Below are positions 1 to 6,936 of a stretch of 51,509 nucleotides of DNA, piece after piece. The notes beneath the pieces are model-generated. The model did no database searches and had not been told where the DNA came from. It saw only the letters and a program-made list of their open reading frames with translations. Position 1 is the first letter of the stretch. Each line of letters begins with the position of its first letter. The translations under genes and the position numbers were made by a program. The stretch comes from a virus (taxonomy: Duplodnaviria; Caudoviricetes). The stretch is from positions 1-51,509 of IMG/VR virus record IMGVR_UViG_3300034945_000013; one strand, 5' to 3'.

Positions 1-98
1 GATACGCCCGCAACGTATACGGTAACGCGCTCACACATTATTCGCCACAGTGACGATTCTGGAATCCCCATAAAGTGTAAGGCGTGGGTGCCCAACGC
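1..98. repeat. Terminal direct repeat, left copy (circular assembly overlap)
   Basis: 1-98 is identical to 51410-51507; the next base differs (A at 99, T at 51508). Confidence 0.95.
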
Positions 99-108
99 AT
101 AGCTAAGG
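90..108 (-). mobile_element. Truncated attC site (only the R'/L' arm remains)
   Basis: GCCCAACGCATAGCTAAGG matches the arm of the complete site at 950 (GTCGAACGCATAGCTAAGG); no partner arm follows. Confidence 0.65.
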
Positions 109-130
109 ACACTGGCCCGGAGGGAAGGCG

Positions 131-337
131 ATGGAAGATTTGACAAGGCTTGAAGCGGCTGCACTGGAAGAAATGCGCGAGGGAACCAAGGTGAGCATTT
201 TTCACCCCTCGGATATTGTTGCGCAGGCGTGTGCATCGCTAGTGCGGAAGGGTTACGCAGAGATTGACGCGGACGGCTTGGCCTGGGTGCCAGTAGAGGT
301 GCCCAACGCTGAATTGAGGGGCGCGACTGATGACTGA
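131..337 (+). CDS. Cassette-associated hypothetical protein, 68 aa; C-terminus runs into attC
   Basis: GGAGGGAAGG precedes the ATG; ends VPNAELRGATDD within attC 301-389. Confidence 0.75.
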   Translation: MEDLTRLEAAALEEMREGTKVSIFHPSDIVAQACASLVRKGYAEIDADGLAWVPVEVPNAELRGATDD

Positions 338-389
338 ACAAAAGCACGACGACGCTTGCGGAGCGACCCGCTCGGATGCCGGGTTGGGC
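301..389 (-). mobile_element. attC site, 89 bp
   Basis: Minus strand reads GCCCAAC-CCGGC-ATCCGAGC...CCTCAAT-TCAGC-GTTGGGC (R'', 5 nt, 8-nt L'', 7-nt L', R'). Confidence 0.85.
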
Positions 390-599
390 GGCACGCTTTG
401 GTTGGCTGCCGGGACCACCGACGACGGTAAGCGCGTGTACCTACCCGACTATGCTGGGCAGACAGCCAACGAAGTCGGCATGAAGGTGATGGCGAGATCG
501 TACCAAGAGGGATTCCGGGGGGCGCTTGCTGAACGGCTGGCTACGCTGGGGTGGGAGATTGTATGCGTGCGGTTCGATGAAGTGACGCCCAACGCATGA
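330..599 (+). CDS. Cassette hypothetical protein, 89 aa; starts inside attC
   Basis: Overlaps the upstream stop; ends VTPNA at the next attC core. Confidence 0.7.
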   Translation: MTEQKHDDACGATRSDAGLGGTLWLAAGTTDDGKRVYLPDYAGQTANEVGMKVMARSYQEGFRGALAERLATLGWEIVCVRFDEVTPNA

Positions 600-656
600 A
601 TTTACAGGCGACCCGCAGCTTTATCGCGGGGCGTCCTGTGGAATGACGGGTTCGAC
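587..656 (-). mobile_element. attC site, 70 bp
   Basis: Minus strand GTCGAAC-CCGTC-ATTCCACA...TGTAAAT-TCATGC-GTTGGGC. Confidence 0.9.
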
Positions 657-680
657 AACACCGCAACCACGGAGAAAGAA

Positions 681-962
681 ATGACGCACATTGATGACTG
701 GCTAGATGACCCGACAACCGGCCCCGCCGACGTGAAGGAATGGCTTGAGCACTTCCGCAGGCCAGCGATTGACAAAGACCACGATTGGCTGCGCGCTCGG
801 CAATTGTTCTGTAACTACAAGGACGGCAAGCGTTACCGCTGCATTGGATGCAGCAGGATGGGCGACGTGTGGCTGACGGAGCATTTCGAGCGGGAGAACG
901 GCTACGACTTGCGGATTGACATTGCCGACTGCACCGACTGGGAAGTGGTGTCGAACGCATAG
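681..962 (+). CDS. Cassette hypothetical protein, 93 aa
   Basis: RBS GGAGA; ends VSNA at the attC core GTCGAAC. Confidence 0.85.
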   Translation: MTHIDDWLDDPTTGPADVKEWLEHFRRPAIDKDHDWLRARQLFCNYKDGKRYRCIGCSRMGDVWLTEHFERENGYDLRIDIADCTDWEVVSNA

Positions 963-1008
963 CTAAGGGACCGGCTTCAGCCGGTCCCGCTTGAGCGCCA
1001 GGTTCGGC
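950..1008 (-). mobile_element. attC site, 59 bp
   Basis: Minus strand GCCGAAC-CTGGC-GCTCAAGC-GGGACCGGCTGAAGCCGGTC-CCTTAGC-TATGC-GTTCGAC. Confidence 0.92.
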
Positions 1009-1028
1009 GCGGAACTGGAGGGAAGGCA

Positions 1029-1394
1029 ATGGATTTCAAGACGGAAACACAACTGCGGCAAGAGATTGCCGACGCTTGGCGGCTCGTGGACCAACACAAG
1101 CGCACAGCCGAGATTTACGCAGCAGAGCGAGACCACGCGAAAGCATGCTATGACCGCGGCGTTAGGATTTTGACCGGCATTCACGCGCTGCTCTATCCGC
1201 CGAGATTCACCGACAACGACGGCCGCACATGGCAATTCAAGTCGCCGCTCGCTGAAGAGCAGATGCAGGAATTGAGCGACCGCATTCGTTCGCTGCCAGA
1301 CGAGATTGCAGCAACTGATGAGGCCATGAAAGAGACGCCGAACGCTGAAATAACCGGGCGCACGCTGGCCCAAAACGAAGCCGATGGCGCTTAG
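1029..1394 (+). CDS. Cassette hypothetical coiled-coil protein, 121 aa
   Basis: RBS GGAGGGAAGG; C-terminus PNAEITGR... lies in attC 1337-1422. Confidence 0.85.
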   Translation: MDFKTETQLRQEIADAWRLVDQHKRTAEIYAAERDHAKACYDRGVRILTGIHALLYPPRFTDNDGRTWQFKSPLAEEQMQELSDRIRSLPDEIAATDEAMKETPNAEITGRTLAQNEADGA

Positions 1395-1422
1395 GGCGCT
1401 CCGGTTGATTGCCGGGTTAGGC
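1337..1422 (-). mobile_element. attC site, 86 bp
   Basis: Minus strand GCCTAAC-CCGGC-AATCAACC...GGTTATT-TCAGC-GTTCGGC. Confidence 0.9.
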
Positions 1423-1445
1423 ATTTTAACAATGGAGAGCAAACC

Positions 1446-1631
1446 ATGACAATAAAAGAGTTGATTTTAGAGTTGCTGAATGAGGACATGGGTGAGTATT
1501 TATATTTTCGCTATGAAGATGAGGCTGGCAATGTCCGATTTTTTCACCCTAATGGGATATGTTTTGATTCGGACAGATTCCAAAATATCCGTGGCGCTAA
1601 ATACACAACCATCTCTCTAGATGACGCATAA
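1446..1631 (+). CDS. Hypothetical protein, 61 aa, AT-rich
   Basis: RBS GGAGAG; directly follows attC 1337-1422. Confidence 0.75.
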   Translation: MTIKELILELLNEDMGEYLYFRYEDEAGNVRFFHPNGICFDSDRFQNIRGAKYTTISLDDA

Positions 1632-1640
1632 GGCTATGTG

Positions 1641-1674
1641 CCTTATAGAAAATTACACCTTATAGAAAGTTACA
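1641..1674. repeat. 17-bp tandem repeat, 2 copies
   Basis: CCTTATAGAAAATTACA followed by CCTTATAGAAAGTTACA. Confidence 0.85.
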
Positions 1675-1678
1675 ACCA

Positions 1679-2071
1679 ATGGTTTACAAATGCATAAAGC
1701 CGCAATGCCCGAGAGATTGCTCTGAATGCAACCACGCGCTGCCGGAGGAAGATGAGGCCGCGATGCTGGTGTGCGACCTGCTGGAGGACTTTGCCGTTGA
1801 CGGGTTCGGTGCGCCGCTTGAGGATGGCGAAAGCGAACTGGTTGACCGGTGGCGGGCATGGCTTGCCACACGACGCGGCGCGAGTTTGCCGGAATTGCCA
1901 ACTTGCACCAAATCGCAAACTGACGAGATTGAGCGGCTGCGAACCCTGGCAAAAGACGCCTACGACGCCTGGCAGCACGATAGGGATATGCGGGTAGGAA
2001 AATTACTGCTCGCAATGATGGACACGAAATTCAGCGCCACATACCGGCCTGACTTGGTGCCCAACGCTTGA
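1679..2071 (+). CDS. Hypothetical protein with Cys-rich N-terminus, 130 aa
   Basis: Ends LVPNA at attC core 2059; start codon uncertain. Confidence 0.7.
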   Translation: MVYKCIKPQCPRDCSECNHALPEEDEAAMLVCDLLEDFAVDGFGAPLEDGESELVDRWRAWLATRRGASLPELPTCTKSQTDEIERLRTLAKDAYDAWQHDRDMRVGKLLLAMMDTKFSATYRPDLVPNA

Positions 2072-2115
2072 ATTAAGGGGCTGCGCAGCAGTCCCGCTTG
2101 AATGAATTGTTAGAG
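2059..2115 (-). mobile_element. attC site, 57 bp, with aadA-type arms
   Basis: Minus strand CTCTAAC-AATTC-ATTCAAGC-GGGACTGCTGCGCAGCC-CCTTAAT-TCAAGC-GTTGGGC. Confidence 0.92.
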
Positions 2116-2220
2116 ATGGCTGAACGATGCCCCGGATGTGGACACAATTTTTATGACGACGCACCCGTGCGCAACGGCTTGTGCAAGTGGTGCGTGGCCG
2201 AGAAGGAATTGTTGGGCTAG
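2116..2220 (+). CDS. 34-aa CxxC...CxxC zinc-ribbon microprotein
   Basis: Manual translation MAERCPGCGHNFYDDAPVRNGLCKWCVAEKELLG; weak RBS. Confidence 0.5.
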   Translation: MAERCPGCGHNFYDDAPVRNGLCKWCVAEKELLG

Positions 2221-2234
2221 AACAGGAGCGAAGA

Positions 2235-2456
2235 ATGGAAAAGCAATACATGCTGCACCCCGGCAGAGTTATCAGTAAAACGGATCGGCAGGAGCACTTC
2301 ATTGATGCTCCGACGCTCGCACGCTTGTATGGCGTGAAGTTGCACGATTGCTTGATAGTTCCGATCAGCGATGCCCTTTACCCTGGGCATAGTGAGCGCC
2401 TCGACGTGATCCATCTTTACCCAAAGTCGAACGGCGATTACAAGGTGCCCAACTAG
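2235..2456 (+). CDS. Cassette hypothetical protein, 73 aa
   Basis: RBS AGGAG before ATG 2235; ends VPN at GCCCAAC 2447-2453. Confidence 0.8.
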   Translation: MEKQYMLHPGRVISKTDRQEHFIDAPTLARLYGVKLHDCLIVPISDALYPGHSERLDVIHLYPKSNGDYKVPN

Positions 2457-2513
2457 ATTTATACGACACGTCGCATAACCAGTTTAGCCTGATCTGACAG
2501 AAAGGAAATAGAC

Positions 2514-2717
2514 GTGAAAGACCAAGAGTTTTTAATGTGGCTGCATGAACGGATTGAGATTGTTCACCGCGAACCCGCGCAGGCAGATTACATGCACAAA
2601 TTGCGGGCGATTATTGAGTCAACGCCAGCGGACAAAGAAACGCCGAACTTTGGATTTACAGCAACGCTTGATGAACTGCGCACCCACTTGGTGTTTCGTA
2701 CCAAGGAACCCGCATGA
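2514..2717 (+). CDS. Hypothetical protein
   Basis: RBS AAGGA, GTG start. Confidence 0.75.
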   Translation: MKDQEFLMWLHERIEIVHREPAQADYMHKLRAIIESTPADKETPNFGFTATLDELRTHLVFRTKEPA

Positions 2718-2744
2718 GGATCAGCCTAGTGATACTTCGGCAAC

Positions 2745-2996
2745 ATGAACATCAAGCTTTCTGATGGAAAAGAGATCAACGCGCCAAACGGTGTCATCGG
2801 GATTGATGACAAAGGATGTGTTTTCGGCGGGTACGATTCAACAATCTTTGAGCGGGGGTTCTACTACCCTTTTGACGAAGCGCCAGACTTGACACCAATA
2901 GAGCAGATTGAGATTGCCGACTTGATGATTTCAAGATGGAAATCATTCAAGGCTGCCGCAGAGTCTGAGAAATGTGCCACAAAGGAGGCAACATGA
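2745..2996 (+). CDS. Hypothetical protein
   Basis: ORF track; ATGA coupling to the next gene. Confidence 0.7.
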   Translation: MNIKLSDGKEINAPNGVIGIDDKGCVFGGYDSTIFERGFYYPFDEAPDLTPIEQIEIADLMISRWKSFKAAAESEKCATKEAT

Positions 2997-3121
2997 GTGA
3001 TTATGGGTGGTTTGTATTGAAGGGCATTGCTTACCTAGTGTTGATCGGGTTTGTGGTGTGGCTAACTAAATCAGGGTGGCCGCTACTGGCTTTGCTGATG
3101 ATGCCGTCATGGTCGAAGTAA
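2993..3121 (+). CDS. 42-aa membrane microprotein
   Basis: RBS AGGAGG; MSDYGWFVLKGIAYLVLIGFVVWL... is hydrophobic. Confidence 0.6.
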   Translation: MSDYGWFVLKGIAYLVLIGFVVWLTKSGWPLLALLMMPSWSK

Positions 3122-3160
3122 GGTGCAATCTTATTTTTGAAGTGAAAAAGGAGAAGTGAA

Positions 3161-3400
3161 ATGAACATCATTGTGATTTTGATACTTGCCGTCCTGCCTA
3201 TCGTTTTTATGTTTGCTGTGGACTATCGGCTCAGCAAGATTTATAAAGAACTCAGGATATTGAATGCGACCATGATGGAGCAACCCGCAGTTGGGTGGCG
3301 ACTCGGTAAGATTCTTGAAGAACTTAGGATGTTGAAAAGCAGCATTAGCACGGCGGTTGACAACACACCAGCCGAAGTTTTCATGCATAAAGGTCGATAA
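3161..3400 (+). CDS. Hypothetical protein with N-terminal transmembrane helix
   Basis: RBS AGGAG; hydrophobic N-terminus. Confidence 0.7.
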   Translation: MNIIVILILAVLPIVFMFAVDYRLSKIYKELRILNATMMEQPAVGWRLGKILEELRMLKSSISTAVDNTPAEVFMHKGR

Positions 3401-3630
3401 TGGTCGCCACTGTTGATCCATTGCCAGGTAAGAATTGGGGAGGGAGAGCTGTGGTTGGTGATGCACTGCAGCGTGTGGCCGACGAAGACGTTGTGATGGT
3501 GCTGTGGCTGGACCCAACCGGCAAAATGCGATACTCCAAGAACACCATCAATGCTCAGCAGCTGGTGACGATGGCATCATATCTGAATTATTTGTGCAAC
3601 CAGATGTGGAAACAGGAAGAAGATGGATAA
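3400..3630 (+). CDS. Hypothetical protein
   Basis: Translationally coupled in the operon. Confidence 0.65.
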   Translation: MVATVDPLPGKNWGGRAVVGDALQRVADEDVVMVLWLDPTGKMRYSKNTINAQQLVTMASYLNYLCNQMWKQEEDG

Positions 3631-3847
3631 GATAGAGTGGGAAAACGCGAAGTGCGAGGTTTGCGGCGCACAGGCGGTTGTACAGGTGTTTGACATGGCG
3701 AAGCGCATAGACCTCCGTACAGGACAGATGAAGGCCAGGCACTTCAGAGGCCCGCATCTATTCTGCGATGAACACAAGCGGGATAGCATTTGGTACGAGC
3801 TTGAACCTAAAGACATGTCAGACGAAGGAAAATCCGGGCTATGGTAG
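3623..3847 (+). CDS. Small zinc-binding protein (CxxC...CxxH)
   Basis: CEVC and CDEH motifs. Confidence 0.65.
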   Translation: MDKIEWENAKCEVCGAQAVVQVFDMAKRIDLRTGQMKARHFRGPHLFCDEHKRDSIWYELEPKDMSDEGKSGLW

Positions 3848-3857
3848 CCTCAAACAA

Positions 3858-4023
3858 AAGAGTGCTTCAGGGAGGGTGTAGCGGGATTAGAGGCGGACAG
3901 GGAAACCAAGCCGTCGAGGAATGCCCGTCTGTGATGTGCAAGTCTGCCACCGTCTGAGCGTACATCTATGGCGAATCGGTGGTTGATGTGGTCCGAATCC
4001 ACCTCCCTCTCTAAAGCACTCTT
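3858..4023. repeat. Long inverted repeat between convergent operons (possible structured RNA or terminator)
   Basis: AAGAGTGCTTCAGGGAGGG (3858-3876) pairs with 4005-4023 at 17/19 positions. Confidence 0.6.
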
Positions 4024-4049
4024 GGCTAATCATATAAGGTGGGCCAGAT

Positions 4050-4286
4050 TCATTTCACCGCCCCGCACACCTGACATACAACATGAGCATGGGCCGTGCC
4101 ATAATTCCAGTGGTGCCCGATCCGGCCACAGGCTTCGCGCAATTCCGTCAGGCTGGCGTTATGCGCCTTGTCGTATGCTGCAAGGGCTTCGCTCACCTTC
4201 TCGCGCCTGTCGCGCTCAAGCTCCCGGCGTTTGTCGGCAATCTCCAGGTGGTCAATCATTGCCCGTTCCCCTTCATCAGCCATCAT
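4050..4286 (-). CDS. Hypothetical protein with C-terminal Cys/His motif
   Basis: CGRIGHHW...CQVC; last gene of the late operon. Confidence 0.6.
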   Translation of the reverse strand: MMADEGERAMIDHLEIADKRRELERDRREKVSEALAAYDKAHNASLTELREACGRIGHHWNYGTAHAHVVCQVCGAVK

Positions 4287-4289
4287 TGA

Positions 4290-4670
4290 TCAAGGATTCG
4301 CCATGCAGACGGCTGCGTAATAAATCTCACACATGGCCGGATCGTAACCCGCTTCGTACAGAGCAGTACGAAAAATTCGGTGCGCGACTGCAGGTGGGAC
4401 GATGCCAAATCGCAACAGGTAATCGTGCAGCACACCCTCACGGAATCCCAACCAGACGCCGCCACCGAAGATTGACATGGCCAGTGGCGGAAGCATCATC
4501 AGTGCTTTGGGGACGGAGCTGCCATCTGTCCGGAAATTGATCGGCACAACAAACAGTCTACCTGTGATGGGATCCTCATATTCCAGCGGTCGCAAGCTTA
4601 TCCATGGGAATTCATGCCGATCATTCAGCAGCATTCCGTGGAAGTTGGCATGCGGACTTAAAAATGGCAT
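4290..4670 (-). CDS. DUF1353-like protein
   Basis: VPxxFxTDGSSVP and LHDYL motifs. Confidence 0.75.
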   Translation of the reverse strand: MPFLSPHANFHGMLLNDRHEFPWISLRPLEYEDPITGRLFVVPINFRTDGSSVPKALMMLPPLAMSIFGGGVWLGFREGVLHDYLLRFGIVPPAVAHRIFRTALYEAGYDPAMCEIYYAAVCMANP

Positions 4671-4785
4671 GGGTGCCGCTTCCCGGCAGAAATTACCCGG
4701 CCTTGCGGCCAGGAGGAGGCTCTCTTTGATGTTTCCGTGGCGGCTGGTTCCGTTGTCTCACGGTTTCCTGGAGTGCGCAACATTG

Positions 4786-5127
4786 TTACTTGGTCCCGCC
4801 GAAGTAAGGTTTGGCATGCCCGCCCACTATCATTAGTTGATTGACGTGCACGTCTCCTCCTTGTCCCACATGGATATACAAGTCGACCAGCCAGCGCCCA
4901 TACTTGTCCGGCTTGTGGGTTTCCACACGGGACAAGGTATTACCGAGCAGGTCGATGAGGTGGATAGTGGCTTCCTTGTGGCCTGGTTGTCCACGCTCCG
5001 GTGTGTCAATGCCATTGAGCCGGAATGAATCCCGCCAACGAATTTTGTTGCCGAGATCGATGTCCAGCACAACGGTATCACCATCTATCACCCGTACAAT
5101 ATTTACATGGCGATAGATGTAGCTCAT
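4786..5127 (-). CDS. Thermonuclease (SNase-like)
   Basis: VIDGDT, RLNGIDTPE and DKYGRWL motifs. Confidence 0.9.
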   Translation of the reverse strand: MSYIYRHVNIVRVIDGDTVVLDIDLGNKIRWRDSFRLNGIDTPERGQPGHKEATIHLIDLLGNTLSRVETHKPDKYGRWLVDLYIHVGQGGDVHVNQLMIVGGHAKPYFGGTK

Positions 5128-5288
5128 ATCAAGCCAATCCCCGCTCCGACCGTAGTGCGGCAGTCTGCTTCAATATGAATTACCGTGCCAGTGCGAGTGT
5201 AGCTCACAGAGTCGCAGTATTTCATAGATGGCAGACTACCGCACCCCGCAAGCAGCAGTGTGGCAATTGCGAGCATGAACAGCTTCAT
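5124..5288 (-). CDS. Small lipoprotein, possible spanin component, 54 aa
   Basis: Manual translation MKLFMLAIATLLLAGC...; lipobox; located next to the lysis genes. Confidence 0.6.
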   Translation of the reverse strand: MKLFMLAIATLLLAGCGSLPSMKYCDSVSYTRTGTVIHIEADCRTTVGAGIGLI

Positions 5289-5503
5289 TTTGCAACAAAC
5301 CAACCAGAGATGGGCTTGATCATAGGACGCAGACGACCGGAGAGCGCCAGTGCCGCGCCGATCAGAGTCGAGATGTCCAGCGCGAGTTGTGGATCATCCA
5401 AACCGTCGATTTTGACACCGGATAAAGACAAGGCAGTAGACAAACCAACAAGCATGATGCCCCACACAGAGGACGATGCAACTGCAGGTTTAGTTTCGTT
5501 CAT
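5285..5503 (-). CDS. Putative holin (2 transmembrane segments)
   Basis: Two hydrophobic segments, basic tail, adjacent to the endolysin. Confidence 0.65.
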   Translation of the reverse strand: MNETKPAVASSSVWGIMLVGLSTALSLSGVKIDGLDDPQLALDISTLIGAALALSGRLRPMIKPISGWFVAK

Positions 5504-5514
5504 GGTGGTTCCTT

Positions 5515-5928
5515 TCAAGGGTAAGTGTTTCTGTTGAGTTCAATGTGGGGACCATCTTTGAAACTGCGCCAGTCCCCGCCCCACACAATCGGGATGTCTA
5601 ACGATGCTGCTACTTCTTTGATGTGTTTTCCAACCTTGGTATACAGTGGCCAATCCCAACGCACTTTGCCATCAACCATGACGTAGAAATCTGCCGCCCG
5701 AGAAAGCCCATCTGACGGGTGCGGCAGATGGCGGCTGCGCATGGTTGTCGTTGCCCCCTGCTTAAGCAATGCTGCTTGCCGTTCCTTGGTGCGCAAGGTC
5801 TCGCTGATTTCGTAAACCAGACCACAAGACTTTGCAGCCTCCAACATGACTTTGCGTAGATCGGGATGACATTTATCTAATCGTTGCATTGAGCGAATAT
5901 TCACAACAAACCTCCTCGTTTTCTTCAT
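5515..5928 (-). CDS. Endolysin, M15 L-Ala-D-Glu peptidase family
   Basis: SRH...D and WGGDW...DGPHIE motifs. Confidence 0.9.
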   Translation of the reverse strand: MKKTRRFVVNIRSMQRLDKCHPDLRKVMLEAAKSCGLVYEISETLRTKERQAALLKQGATTTMRSRHLPHPSDGLSRAADFYVMVDGKVRWDWPLYTKVGKHIKEVAASLDIPIVWGGDWRSFKDGPHIELNRNTYP

Positions 5929-5934
5929 TGGCCA

Positions 5935-6201
5935 TTATGGTCTCCCGCGCTTTTTAAATAGCTGCCAATCCCGCGAATGTTCAAGAGAGCAGAACAACGT
6001 TTCCCCATCCACCTCGCGGTTGCACCAGAGGCAAAATCCGCGCGGCTCCGGTTCACCATCTGTGGCTCGCCTGATCCCAGTGCCCACAACATACCCATCT
6101 GCATCATGTGTTGCTCTTTGTGGATGAAGGAACCATGCGCAGATTAGAAATCCAAGTGCGAGTCCAATTGCCACAGTCATGCAAATAGCGAACCAACACA
6201 T
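5935..6201 (-). CDS. Membrane-anchored zinc-ribbon protein
   Basis: N-terminal TM; CLWC...FCS motif. Confidence 0.55.
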   Translation of the reverse strand: MCWFAICMTVAIGLALGFLICAWFLHPQRATHDADGYVVGTGIRRATDGEPEPRGFCLWCNREVDGETLFCSLEHSRDWQLFKKRGRP

Positions 6202-6518
6202 TAGGGGGTGCCCCTTCCATTAGGCCCTGCCCCGACCCGCTCTGAAATCTTGTCAATCTTGCGGTTCAGTTCACGTAGTTCTTCTCGCAGCGTGTCGCGG
6301 TCATAGCGTACATTGGACTTCACATCCTGAATTTCGAACTCGTGTTTTTGTACAGTTGCCTTTAAATCAGACCCCCATGAGAAAATTGCCAATATCATAG
6401 CGACAGTCGTTAGAATGTGTGCAATGTTAATAGTAGTATCGACCCGGAATCGCTTCTGGTCGATTTGACGTCTGTCATCTGTCTGGTTTTCTTCGCCCAC
6501 CCCGTTCTCCCGTCTCAT
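6201..6518 (-). CDS. Single-TM coiled-coil protein in the lysis module
   Basis: TM segment followed by a coiled coil. Confidence 0.65.
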   Translation of the reverse strand: MRRENGVGEENQTDDRRQIDQKRFRVDTTINIAHILTTVAMILAIFSWGSDLKATVQKHEFEIQDVKSNVRYDRDTLREELRELNRKIDKISERVGAGPNGRGTP

Positions 6519-6886
6519 TCAAGATACTCCTTGCGAGCTAATAAATGCTGCTTAGATTTCCATCTATCGAAAAACGCCTGCGATATGCCACCGTGATCCC
6601 CGCCCTTGCAGTGCGCGAGTTCATGGTCGAGCGATGGCCCAGTCGTGGTTTCCGTGACGTAGATGTCGCAGGTCTTGCGGGGCAGGTTGATGTGCGCGCA
6701 GGCCAGCGGCAGCGCGACCAAGACATATTTCGTGACCCATGACAGGTCTTTCGAACAGGTCGCGTAAATGTCACCATCGGGGATGGTGTGAATGCGGGTC
6801 TTGAGTTCGGGCCAGTCCTGGACGTAGGTGTGGATAGACGAACAGCCGGATAGCAGCAGCGCCGCCGCGATGAGTATCGTTTTCAT
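6515..6886 (-). CDS. Lipoprotein with HExxHxxGxxH metalloprotease motif
   Basis: MKTILIAAALLLSGC lipobox; HELAHCKGGDH. Confidence 0.7.
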   Translation of the reverse strand: MKTILIAAALLLSGCSSIHTYVQDWPELKTRIHTIPDGDIYATCSKDLSWVTKYVLVALPLACAHINLPRKTCDIYVTETTTGPSLDHELAHCKGGDHGGISQAFFDRWKSKQHLLARKEYLE

Positions 6887-6936
6887 CCTCCACCGGGCGC
6901 CGATGTAATCGCCTGACGGTGTTACTAAATACTTAG

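Noticed and set aside
1-98. Physical terminal repeats of the virion DNA
   Set aside because: The repeat falls mid-gene and ends at a branch point, so it is more likely assembly overlap of a circular or permuted contig.
301-2115. Hairpins read as rho-independent terminators, REP elements or CRISPR repeats
   Set aside because: They lack U-tracts, vary in length and sequence, and are separated by whole genes. R/L box spacing and cross-gene core pairing fit attC instead.
2468-2496. dif-like site (GTCGCATAA resembles a XerC arm)
   Set aside because: No XerD arm (TTATGTTAAAT-like) follows the 6-bp spacer.
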